Virus genome (UHGV): UHGV-0117250
Reading direction: 5' to 3' (one strand)
Source: a virus
DNA: 38,690 bases
In this document: positions 8,626-16,760 of the stretch, in pieces
How the letters are laid out: each line of letters begins with the position of its first letter
Numbering within the stretch: the stretch's first letter is position 1
Translations under genes and position numbers: made by a program
The notes under the pieces: generated by a model
Database searches by the model: none
Told to the model about the DNA's origin: nothing
What the model saw: the letters and a program-made list of their open reading frames with translations, nothing else

Positions 8626-9222
8626 ATGAACGCTATAACCAAAGAACGTATCAAATTATTCATTAAAAATCCGCTTGATAACGGACTTACTCGTGGCGAA
8701 CAAATGGAACTGGCACGAATTGCACTGGCATCACTGGAACGCGAACAGATTCGCCACGAGCATGCCAAATGGTCTGACTCCACATTTGGCAGCGTTGGCC
8801 CCATTGGTCCGCTGAAACATCTCTCAAAAGAGGCACTGGAAGCCGCAGCCGAACCAGACGATCTTAGCGAGTGGGCTGATATGCAGTTTCTGTTGTGGGA
8901 TGCACAGCGCCGTGCTGGCATCAGCGATGCTGAAATTACCGCTGCTATGGAAGATAAATTGAAGATCAACATGGAGCGCCAGTGGCCTGAGCCAAAAGAT
9001 GGTGAGCCTCGCTTGCACATTAAAGAACCCGGCAACTCTCCGGTAATTCCGGATGGTTGGGTTATGGTGCCGAAGGAGTTAACCCCGGAAATGATGAGAG
9101 CCGTTCAGATTAGAAGTGAGCTTGGATGGTATGCCACTTCCAATCTATCTGGTGCATACAATATGTTTTCTGAGTTCTGGAATGTTGCTGTCTCAGCTGC
9201 GCCTAAGGTGGATGATTTATGA
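8626..9222 (+). CDS. DUF550-like protein (putative nucleotide pyrophosphohydrolase-like)
   Basis: 198 aa; N-terminal MNAITKERIKLFIKNP... resembles DUF550 prophage proteins (from memory). Confidence 0.4.
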   Translation: MNAITKERIKLFIKNPLDNGLTRGEQMELARIALASLEREQIRHEHAKWSDSTFGSVGPIGPLKHLSKEALEAAAEPDDLSEWADMQFLLWDAQRRAGISDAEITAAMEDKLKINMERQWPEPKDGEPRLHIKEPGNSPVIPDGWVMVPKELTPEMMRAVQIRSELGWYATSNLSGAYNMFSEFWNVAVSAAPKVDDL

Positions 9223-9521
9223 ATCTATATCGCTGCCCATTCTGTGGTTCCACTGTGCTTAACATCGGATACTCATTCAGTATCAGAGGGAAAATGCGCT
9301 ATGTGTCATGCAAATGTGGTGCCCAAGGACCAGAAAAACGAACTAAATCTGAAGCGATTTCTTCATGGAATAGTCGAATGAAAGTATGGGTTTATGATCC
9401 AGAAACCATATTAAACGCTGAAGAGCGCAGGAGAACGGAAGTCTATATTCATAACCTTAATGAAGATGGATTTACACCAGTGCTTGTAAAGGCTACTCCG
9501 CAGGAGGTTAACCGTGGCTAA
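9219..9521 (+). CDS. Lar-family restriction alleviation protein
   Basis: 100 aa; N-terminal CPFCG motif plus a downstream CKC pair, characteristic of Lar/RalR-type restriction-alleviation proteins; ATGA-coupled to the upstream gene. Confidence 0.6.
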   Translation: MNLYRCPFCGSTVLNIGYSFSIRGKMRYVSCKCGAQGPEKRTKSEAISSWNSRMKVWVYDPETILNAEERRRTEVYIHNLNEDGFTPVLVKATPQEVNRG

Positions 9522-9795
9522 CCTGCAACTAGCCGTTAAAGGTGAATACTTCGATGCCATAATTCGTGGAGAGAAAACGGAAGAGTATCGCCTGTGCAAT
9601 GACTACTGGAATAAACGCCTCGTTAATCGTAAGTATGACCGCCTGATTATCACAAAGGGATATCCGAAGCGCGACGATTCCAGCCGCAGAATTGACGTCC
9701 CGTATGACGGATATGAAATCAAGACAATCACACATCCGCACTTTGGCGATAAACCGGTAAAGGTGTACGCGATAAAGGTAAATATTGATGGCTAA
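9514..9795 (+). CDS. ASCH domain protein
   Basis: GTG start with GGAGG SD; LAVKGEYFDAIIRGEKTEEYR matches the ASCH (PUA-like) N-terminal signature. Confidence 0.55.
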   Translation: MANLQLAVKGEYFDAIIRGEKTEEYRLCNDYWNKRLVNRKYDRLIITKGYPKRDDSSRRIDVPYDGYEIKTITHPHFGDKPVKVYAIKVNIDG

Positions 9796-10126
9796 ATCAG
9801 CAGCAGAGCGCAAAGCCGCTCAGAGAGCCAGACAAGCTGCATCTGGTGTGCGTAAGCTGGAAATTGTGCTTGATGCTCAGGAAATTGAAATGCTTGATCG
9901 TAACTGTGCCGCGCGTCGCCCCGGGCGTGCGCCTTACGAATTTTGTGAGTATATAGCGTTACTGATCCGCCAGGATGATGCACGCGTGCGCGGGCGTATA
10001 AAATCGATTAGCAGAAAACGTTGCGGTAAGTGCGGCGAGAAAGTTCCCGTTAATTCATGCCCGTGTAATGGTGACTCGCAATGCTGGGTGACTAAAGGCT
10101 GGCATGAAACTAAATTAATAGTGTGA
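9788..10126 (+). CDS. hypothetical Cys-rich protein
   Basis: ATG at 9788 (track start 9785 is TTG); C-terminal CGKCGEK...CPCNGDSQC; last gene before the terminase operon; its stop lies inside a 12-bp palindrome. Confidence 0.45.
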   Translation: MAKSAAERKAAQRARQAASGVRKLEIVLDAQEIEMLDRNCAARRPGRAPYEFCEYIALLIRQDDARVRGRIKSISRKRCGKCGEKVPVNSCPCNGDSQCWVTKGWHETKLIV

Positions 10127-10173
10127 CATGTCACGAGTAGATTATGCATGATGAATTTGATGGGTTTTGAATA

Positions 10174-10201
10174 CTGCCGCCAACTATGGCGGCTTTATTT
10201 T
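10174..10201 (+). terminator. rho-independent terminator
   Basis: Hairpin GCCGCC-AACTAT-GGCGGC followed by TTTATTTT. Confidence 0.55.
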
Positions 10202-10211
10202 GCATGGTACT

Positions 10212-10228
10212 ATTACCACAACGGTAAC
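10212..10228. promoter_or_regulatory. dyad-motif site upstream of terminase genes
   Basis: ATTACC-ACAAC-GGTAAC, 17 nt upstream of the terminase small-subunit start. Confidence 0.35.
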
Positions 10229-10244
10229 AATTACCAGGGTGGTT

Positions 10245-10841
10245 ATGATGCCTGCTGAACCTAAAACATATAAACGCAAATCAACGCAATTTAAGCCACT
10301 AACCGCAATGCAGGAGGCTTATTGCCAGTCATACATCAAAACGCCTGAAAACCAGACTCAGGCAGCGATTAACGCAGGATTCTCCCCAAATACAGCGGCA
10401 GTTAAAGCCAGTGTCATGATGCGCGATGAACGCATTCAAAAACGGATTGCCGAGTTGATGGAGGAGCGCAACAAACGAATGCGCGTCAGTGCCGATTACG
10501 TTCTCATGCGCCTGGTGGAGATCGACCAGATGGACGTGATCGACATCCTCAACGACGATGGGAGCCTTAAGCCAATCCGCGAGTGGCCGAAAATCTGGCG
10601 CACTACGCTTAGTGGCTTTGATCTGTCATCGACCATCATGAACATGAACGAGGATTCGATAGAGACAATCCTCAAAAAAATTAAATGGCCTGACAAGGTG
10701 AAGAACCTCGAACTGATTGGTAAGCACGTCGACGTCAACGCGTTCAAAGAACGCCTGGATGTTAATGTGAATGTGACAATTGCTGATCGCATAGCGGCAG
10801 CCAGGAAGCGACTCAAAGAACGTCAGGATGGTAATCAGTGA
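10245..10841 (+). CDS. terminase small subunit
   Basis: ATG at 10245 within ORF 10167..10841; resembles small-terminase (Terminase_2-type) proteins (...QAAINAGFSPNTAAVKASVMMRDERIQKRIAEL...); directly precedes and overlaps the large subunit. Confidence 0.65.
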   Translation: MMPAEPKTYKRKSTQFKPLTAMQEAYCQSYIKTPENQTQAAINAGFSPNTAAVKASVMMRDERIQKRIAELMEERNKRMRVSADYVLMRLVEIDQMDVIDILNDDGSLKPIREWPKIWRTTLSGFDLSSTIMNMNEDSIETILKKIKWPDKVKNLELIGKHVDVNAFKERLDVNVNVTIADRIAAARKRLKERQDGNQ

Positions 10842-12313
10842 CAGATACAGCGTTATCTCCTGAAGAGCAGTTGATCGAGGATATTGCAGGGTTCACTCAC
10901 GATCCGCTTGGCTATGCCCTCTATGCGTTCCCGTGGGGGGAAGAGGGGACTGAACTGGCACATGCCACCGGCCCACGTCAGTGGCAGGCTGATGCGTTCC
11001 GAGAGATACGTGATCACCTGCAGAATCCAGAGACGCGCTATCAGCCGCTTATGCTGGCACGCGCTTCTGGTCACGGTATTGGTAAATCCGCATTCATCTC
11101 AATGCTGATCAACTGGGGCATGTCCACTTGCGAGGATTGTAAGGTCGTGGTGACCGCCAACACCGACAACCAGCTACGAACGAAGACCTGGCCGGAAATT
11201 ATCAAGTGGTCGAACCTTGCTATCACGAAAGACTGGTTTACCTGTACCGCTACCGCGATGTACAGCAATGATCCTGGGCACGACAAGCGGTGGCGGGCTG
11301 ACGCAATCCCCTGGTCTGAGCACAACACTGAGGCATTCGCCGGACTACACAACGAGCGCAAACGCATCATCGTGGTATTCGATGAAGCGTCGAACATTGC
11401 GGATCTGGTGTGGGAAGTTGCCGAAGGTGCGCTAACGGACGAAGACACTGAGATTATCTGGGTGGCGTTCGGAAACCCGACGCGTAACACCGGGCGTTTC
11501 CGCGAATGTTTCCGCAAATATAAACACCGCTGGAAAACTGCGCAGATTGACAGCCGGACGGTGGAAGGCACTAACAAACAGCAGTTGCAGAAATGGGTTG
11601 ATGACTACGGGGAAGACAGCGACTTCGTTAAAATCCGTGTGCGCGGCATATTCCCGGATGCATCTGAATTGCAGTTTATCCCTACCGGACTTACTGACGA
11701 GGCAATGAAACGGGTGGTCACCGCTGCGCAGGTTGCACATGCTCCGGTGATAATCGGCGTTGACCCGGCATACTCAGGCGTTGATGACGCTGTGATATAC
11801 CTGCGGCAGGGGCTGCACAGTAAGGTGCTGTGGACTGGCAACAAGACCACTGACGATCTGATTATGGCGAAGCGTATCGCTGACTTTGAAGACCAGTACC
11901 AGGCTGACGCAGTGTTCATCGACTTCGGTTACGGAACTGGTCTGAAGTCAATCGGTGACGGCTGGGGTCGTACATGGCAACTTGTTCCGTTCGGTGGCGC
12001 GTCTACTGACCCGCAGATGCTCAACAAGCGTGGGGAGATGTTCAACTCATGTAAGACATGGCTGAGGCTGGGCGGCATGCTGGATGACCAGGAAACTGCA
12101 GACGACCTGTCGGCGGCAGAGTACAAAGTTCGAGTGGACGGTAAAATCGTTATCGAACCGAAGGAAGATATCAAAGAGCGACTTGGGCGTTCGCCGGGTA
12201 AAGGCGATGCGCTGCTGCTGACGTTTGCTTTCCCGGTGTCGAAGCGCCTGCGACTTCCCGGGCAGCAGAACCAGCAAGGCAAGGCGCTTACCGAGTACGA
12301 TCCATATGCTTAG
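10838..12313 (+). CDS. terminase large subunit
   Basis: 491 aa; Walker-A-like ASGHGIGKS; acidic nuclease-type C-terminal region; position and size typical. Confidence 0.8.
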   Translation: MTDTALSPEEQLIEDIAGFTHDPLGYALYAFPWGEEGTELAHATGPRQWQADAFREIRDHLQNPETRYQPLMLARASGHGIGKSAFISMLINWGMSTCEDCKVVVTANTDNQLRTKTWPEIIKWSNLAITKDWFTCTATAMYSNDPGHDKRWRADAIPWSEHNTEAFAGLHNERKRIIVVFDEASNIADLVWEVAEGALTDEDTEIIWVAFGNPTRNTGRFRECFRKYKHRWKTAQIDSRTVEGTNKQQLQKWVDDYGEDSDFVKIRVRGIFPDASELQFIPTGLTDEAMKRVVTAAQVAHAPVIIGVDPAYSGVDDAVIYLRQGLHSKVLWTGNKTTDDLIMAKRIADFEDQYQADAVFIDFGYGTGLKSIGDGWGRTWQLVPFGGASTDPQMLNKRGEMFNSCKTWLRLGGMLDDQETADDLSAAEYKVRVDGKIVIEPKEDIKERLGRSPGKGDALLLTFAFPVSKRLRLPGQQNQQGKALTEYDPYA

Positions 12314-13128
12314 TCTTTATTTTTATCCTCGAAACCTGATAATCCAGATAGAACACCAAAGTTATTAAAAACGTCTGGCTTACCAGATTTTAATCCGGAT
12401 AAGTTGTGTTGCTCCAAAAAGTTGCTAATTGTTTGGCCGTTGCCAAGTGCAAGACTTTTTATTTGAGATTTTTCAGGGTATTTGAGTTTGTATTCGTCGA
12501 AATCATTTTGGAGGGTCTTATATGCCTCATTCATTCTTCCAAGAGTTTCCGATATCTCTTTTAATGAATGATTTAGAGCTGCTAACTGAGCACTGGCGGA
12601 TCTCAATTCGTCATCTTTAGCTTTCAACTCAGCAGTCAATTCCCCCATACTATTCTTTGATCGAATAATCTCTTCTTTCATCTCTTGGATGTCTTTTTCC
12701 GCGCCAGTCTTAACTTTGTCGTATGTAACATCTTTTTTAGCCAATAACCTCTGCAGTCTGGTTTCACGCTGGATTTTTCTTGCCTTCAGGTGATTTTCGA
12801 TTGAGTCATTATTATCAAGAGGCTTTGCTTGCCATACGTTAATGATATTGTTTACCCATGGTAATAGGCAGCAGATAGCAATTACAGATAAGCATGGATA
12901 AAACATAACAGTTTTCCATGTGCTGTTATCTGAGATATATGAAATTTTATCTATTATGTTTGATTTGCTAAAAAATAGATAAAGAATTGATTTCCAGTTG
13001 AAGGCGCACCAGGACATAACAAAAGCACCAAGCACAGGGTTTTTGGCTCGATTCACGGCAGTATTGGCAGTAGATAAAAACAGCTCTTTAAACGATTCAA
13101 ACATGCTAATTACCTTGAAGTTTTTCAT
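12310..13128 (-). CDS. moron: membrane-anchored coiled-coil protein (candidate superinfection-exclusion/abortive-infection factor)
   Basis: Antisense to the structural operon, markedly AT-rich; two hydrophobic segments (PVLGAFVMSWCAFNW; VMFYPCLSVIAICCLLPW) then a long coiled-coil-like C-terminal half; stop codon overlaps the terminase stop. ATG 13128 preferred; an alternative ATG at 13104 has an AAGGT SD. Confidence 0.55.
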   Translation of the reverse strand: MKNFKVISMFESFKELFLSTANTAVNRAKNPVLGAFVMSWCAFNWKSILYLFFSKSNIIDKISYISDNSTWKTVMFYPCLSVIAICCLLPWVNNIINVWQAKPLDNNDSIENHLKARKIQRETRLQRLLAKKDVTYDKVKTGAEKDIQEMKEEIIRSKNSMGELTAELKAKDDELRSASAQLAALNHSLKEISETLGRMNEAYKTLQNDFDEYKLKYPEKSQIKSLALGNGQTISNFLEQHNLSGLKSGKPDVFNNFGVLSGLSGFEDKNKD

Positions 13129-13131
13129 GAT

Positions 13132-13148
13132 TATACCTTTAAGGTAAT
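13132..13148. promoter_or_regulatory. dyad-motif site overlapping moron translation start
   Basis: TATACC-TTTAA-GGTAAT located 4 nt upstream of the moron ATG on the coding strand. Confidence 0.35.
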
Positions 13149-13163
13149 TTGCGGTCATCAAGC

Positions 13164-13188
13164 AAAAAAATGCCCGGCGAACCGGGCG
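13164..13188 (-). terminator. intrinsic terminator-like hairpin (minus strand)
   Basis: GCCCGG-CGAA-CCGGGC followed by a 7-T run on the minus strand, between the tRNA and the moron; a second hairpin with a T-run lies at 13266..13309. Confidence 0.45.
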
Positions 13189-13350
13189 AACTGGAAGCAA
13201 TGAGTTATGCCTTCCGTGGCTGTACGTGTTTACAGCATGAAGTCATCGCAATGGCGTCCTGCTGTAAAAAGGGCGGTGATAGTCCTTCAAGGGAAACCAT
13301 CACCGCCAAGCACCTGGAACTTCTGGCATCACGGTCCTTAGGCGTGATTC

Positions 13351-13427
13351 TGGCGTGGCATGCAGGATTCGAACCTGCGACCAACCGCTTAGAAGGCGGT
13401 TGCTCTGTCCAACTGAGCTAATGCCAC
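13351..13427 (-). tRNA. tRNA-Arg (anticodon UCU)
   Basis: Minus-strand 77-nt cloverleaf: 7-bp acceptor stem GTGGCAT/ATGCCAC, D-arm GCTC..GAGC, anticodon stem ACCGC/GCGGT with loop CTTCTAA (anticodon TCT), T-arm GCAGG-TTCGAAT-CCTGC, encoded CCA end. Confidence 0.85.
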
Positions 13428-13748
13428 AACGCTGAGAGCACTTAGCCTGTTAAGGCGCCACACTTTGTCGCGGCTCCATAAATGCTCTCATCGTTGTACC
13501 CTCGTCTCTTCCGAGGCGTCACACCGAATCGCCGGGATGGTGAATCCCCGTGCGCGGAATAAAACCGCTCGACTTGCACATTCCGGCTACCTGGTTCGTT
13601 TGCCCGAGCAAGGGAGGGTGCCCCTTAAACGTATCCAGACCGCTATCGGCGCATGTGCCATACGCCGTACTGCTCAAAATAAAAGCTCACTCCACCTGTT
13701 TAATTTAACGACAAGCCAGTCAGGTTAGTAACCAGAATGAGCTCTTTA

Positions 13749-13765
13749 GTTACCTGAAAGGTAAT
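13749..13765. promoter_or_regulatory. dyad-motif site upstream of virion operon
   Basis: GTTACC-TGAAA-GGTAAT; shares the 15-mer ACCTGAAAGGTAATA with the site at 30359..30375. Confidence 0.35.
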
Positions 13766-13854
13766 AATTCACGCGTTAAATGTCAACCTTCTACGATAAA
13801 TAAATCATATGTGGTTAAATTGGTAATAATTTAATTGCGTACGGAGTCATTGAT

Positions 13855-14061
13855 ATGTGCATGGGTAGCTCACCATCAGTGCCTGCAACACCAGAAGTTC
13901 AGGCAGCACCACAGGAGCAGGATGCCGCCGTTGTTGATGCCCGCGACGAAGAAACACGTCGCCGTCGCGCTGCTGCTGGTCGTAGTTCTACGCTGCTTAC
14001 CGGTTCTCAGGGCGACACATCAACCGCTAATACCAGCGGTAAAACGCTGCTTGGTCAGTAA
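13855..14061 (+). CDS. small hypothetical protein (virion-module leader gene)
   Basis: 68 aa; GGAG SD; its initiation region CGGAGTCATTGA-N-ATG is duplicated at the portal start (14064..14078). Confidence 0.4.
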   Translation: MCMGSSPSVPATPEVQAAPQEQDAAVVDARDEETRRRRAAAGRSSTLLTGSQGDTSTANTSGKTLLGQ

Positions 14062-14075
14062 CCGGAGTCATTGAA

Positions 14076-15755
14076 ATGGCGGAAACAACTAAAGAGCGAT
14101 TGAACAAACAGTTCGCACAACTTGAAAGCGAGCGTCAGTCGTTCGAGCCGCACTGGCGCGAGTTGAGTGATTACATCAACCCGCGTGGTTCCCGCTTTCT
14201 GACTTCTGAGGTCAACCGTAACGATCGACGCAATACACGCATTATTGATTCGACCGGGACTATGGCGGCGCGAACTCTCGCCAGCGGCATGATGTCAGGC
14301 ATCACAAGCCCCGCGCGTCCGTGGTTTCGCCTGGCTACGCCAGATCCTGAAATGATGGATTATGGCCCTGTTAAGTTGTGGCTTGAGGCGGTGCAGAACC
14401 GCATGAACGATATGTTCAATAAGTCGAATCTCTACCAGTCTCTTCCGCAGTTATACGGAAGCCTCGGCACATACAGCACCGGTGCAATGGCGGTACTGGA
14501 GGATGACGAGGACATCATTCGCACAATGCCATTCCCGATAGGCAGTTACTACCTGGCTAACTCACCTCGTGGCAGTGTGGACACCTGTTTTCGCAAGTTC
14601 TCTATGACTGTTCGTCAGCTTGTTCAGGAGTTCGGGCTAAATAACGTCAGCGAATCCGTAAAAAGCATGTGGGAAAGCGGCACCTACGAGAAGTGGATTG
14701 AAGTGATGCATTCGGTTTACCCGAACATTGACCGCGATACATCGAAGCTGGATAGCAAGAACAAGCCATTCAAATCGGTTTATTACGAGGTTGGTGGCGA
14801 TAACGACAAGTTGTTGCGTGAGTCCGGATTCGATGAGTTTCCAATTATGGCTCCGCGCTGGGAAGTTAACGGCGAAGATGTTTACGGATCATCATGCCCG
14901 GGTATGCTGGCGCTTGGACCTGTTAAGGCATTGCAGCTTCTCCAGAAGCGCAAGTCGCAGTTGATTGATAAAGCCACCAATCCGCCGATGGTTGCTCCGA
15001 CTTCCCTCAAGAATCAGCGCGCCTCCCTTCTTCCTGGCGACATCACGTATATCGATCAGATTACTGGTCAGGATGGTTTCAGGCCTGCTTATCTGGTTAA
15101 CCCCAGTACAGCAGATCTGGTAGCAGACATTCAGGACACTCGCCAAATCATTAACAGCGCCTACTTTGTCGATCTGTTCATGATGTTGCAGAACATCAAT
15201 ACCCGCTCGATGCCTGTTGAAGCAGTGATCGAAATGAAAGAAGAAAAGCTTCTGATGTTGGGGCCGGTTCTGGAGCGTCTGAACGACGAATGTCTTAATC
15301 CTCTCATTGACCGCGCTTTCTCGATGATGGTGCGTAAAAACATGCTGCCGCCACCGCCTGACGCGATGGAAGGCATGCCCCTGAAGGTCGAATACATTTC
15401 CGTCATGGCTCAGGCGCAGAAGTCTATCGGCCTGTCCAGTCTGGCGTCTACGGTCAACTTCATTGGTCAACTTGCGCAAGCGAAACCAGAAGCTCTCGAC
15501 AAACTCAACGTTGATCAGGCGATCGATGCATTCGCTGATATGTCCGGAGTGTCTCCAACCGTCATTGTTCCGCAGGAACAGGTTGAGCAGGCTCGCCAGC
15601 AACGGGCACAGCAGCAACAGCAGCAACAAATAATGGCGATGGGAATGGCGGCGGCACAGGGCGCCAAGACGCTAAGCGAAGCTAAAACTTCGGATCCGAG
15701 TGTTTTGTCAGCTATGGCGAATGCAGTTAGTGGTCAGGGTGGGCAATCACAATGA
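14076..15755 (+). CDS. portal (head-to-tail connector) protein, podovirus T7 gp8-like
   Basis: 559 aa; Gln/Ala/Met-rich C-terminal tail (QQQQQQIMAMGMAAAQG...) resembling the T7 gp8 C-terminus; located after terminase. Confidence 0.7.
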   Translation: MAETTKERLNKQFAQLESERQSFEPHWRELSDYINPRGSRFLTSEVNRNDRRNTRIIDSTGTMAARTLASGMMSGITSPARPWFRLATPDPEMMDYGPVKLWLEAVQNRMNDMFNKSNLYQSLPQLYGSLGTYSTGAMAVLEDDEDIIRTMPFPIGSYYLANSPRGSVDTCFRKFSMTVRQLVQEFGLNNVSESVKSMWESGTYEKWIEVMHSVYPNIDRDTSKLDSKNKPFKSVYYEVGGDNDKLLRESGFDEFPIMAPRWEVNGEDVYGSSCPGMLALGPVKALQLLQKRKSQLIDKATNPPMVAPTSLKNQRASLLPGDITYIDQITGQDGFRPAYLVNPSTADLVADIQDTRQIINSAYFVDLFMMLQNINTRSMPVEAVIEMKEEKLLMLGPVLERLNDECLNPLIDRAFSMMVRKNMLPPPPDAMEGMPLKVEYISVMAQAQKSIGLSSLASTVNFIGQLAQAKPEALDKLNVDQAIDAFADMSGVSPTVIVPQEQVEQARQQRAQQQQQQQIMAMGMAAAQGAKTLSEAKTSDPSVLSAMANAVSGQGGQSQ

Positions 15756-16048
15756 CAGATTACGAAGATGATCAACTGAAAGAAGAAAACGCCCGTAAGC
15801 AACGTGACATGGCACAGCGTGAAATTGATGACATTCGCTTTGTCATGAGCAGTGAACAGGGGCGTCGCGTTGTCTGGTCGGTGCTGGAGAAAGGCCGTGT
15901 GTTTTCCGCTATCTCACCGATGGACGCTATGGCAATGGCATTTAATGAGGGGCAACGCAATCTGGCGCTGGAACTGTTTCAGCGCGTTATGGCGCATTGC
16001 CCTGAACAGTATTTGAAGATGGCCAAAGAGGCCAGTGAACAGGAGTGA
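15752..16048 (+). CDS. hypothetical head-assembly protein
   Basis: 98 aa, ATGA-coupled to the portal gene. Confidence 0.45.
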   Translation: MTDYEDDQLKEENARKQRDMAQREIDDIRFVMSSEQGRRVVWSVLEKGRVFSAISPMDAMAMAFNEGQRNLALELFQRVMAHCPEQYLKMAKEASEQE

Positions 16049-16050
16049 TC

Positions 16051-16746
16051 ATGAATTTATTTGAGCGTTTGCTGTATCGCCGTCTTTGCAATGAGCAACC
16101 AGTCGATGGTGGAGCAGCTCCGGCTGCGTCAGAACCGTCAGCGCCTGCAGGTGATAACCCTGCTCCAGTTGGTGATCCATCACAACAGGAAGGTGATAAG
16201 CCACAACCTGTTGCTGATGGCGATAAACCTGCTGATGACAAAAAGCCTGAAAACGATAAGCAGGATGAAAAAAAGGACGGCGATAAACCAGATGGTGCGC
16301 CTGAGAAGTACGAGTTTCAGGCTGCCGAAGGCGTAGAGCTGGATACAGAAGCGTTGAAGGAATTCGAGCCGGTGGCGCGAGAACTTAACCTGACCAACGA
16401 GCAAGCGCAAAAGCTGGTTGATGCTTATCCGAAGATTCTGGCAGGTGTTCAGCAGCGCCAGGCAGAAGCCTGGCAGAAAACAACCGAGCAGTGGGCTGCG
16501 GATGTAAAAGCTGACAAAGAAATCGGTGGCGACAAGTTGATTTCTAACCTTAGCGCCGCACAGCGTGCGCTTGACCAGTTCGGGACACCTGAACTCAAAG
16601 AATATCTGAACACCACCGGGCTGGGTAATCACCCTGATCTGGTCAAAACGTTCGTGAAAATCGGAAAGGCGATGTCTGAAGATGGCATGGTCACCGGTGG
16701 TAATGAAGGCCAGCGTAGTGCGGCCGAAGTGCTCTATGGCAAATAA
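16051..16746 (+). CDS. putative scaffolding protein
   Basis: ATG 16051 with AGGAG SD (track start 16045 is GTG); acidic, low-complexity, helix-rich protein immediately upstream of the major capsid gene. Confidence 0.5.
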   Translation: MNLFERLLYRRLCNEQPVDGGAAPAASEPSAPAGDNPAPVGDPSQQEGDKPQPVADGDKPADDKKPENDKQDEKKDGDKPDGAPEKYEFQAAEGVELDTEALKEFEPVARELNLTNEQAQKLVDAYPKILAGVQQRQAEAWQKTTEQWAADVKADKEIGGDKLISNLSAAQRALDQFGTPELKEYLNTTGLGNHPDLVKTFVKIGKAMSEDGMVTGGNEGQRSAAEVLYGK

Positions 16747-16760
16747 GAGAGGAAATGACA

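Noticed and set aside
10123-10134. Palindrome TGTGACATGTCACA read as a CRP-binding site
   Set aside because: The CRP consensus has a 6-bp spacer between the TGTGA and TCACA half-sites; here the halves are only 4 bp apart, so it is not a canonical CRP site.
13149-13421. Plus-strand 90-aa ORF spanning the tRNA region
   Set aside because: Overlaps the minus-strand tRNA-Arg and two terminator hairpins; no SD; explained by the structured RNA on the other strand.
13465-13728. Plus-strand 87-aa ORF in the GC-rich stretch
   Set aside because: Starts with TTG, has no ribosome-binding site, and has a Cys/Arg/His-rich composition atypical of proteins; more likely non-coding.
15598-15630. CAG/CAA-rich run suggesting a simple-sequence repeat
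   Set aside because: It is in frame within the portal gene and encodes a poly-Gln tract in the C-terminal tail; low-complexity coding sequence, not a repeat element.
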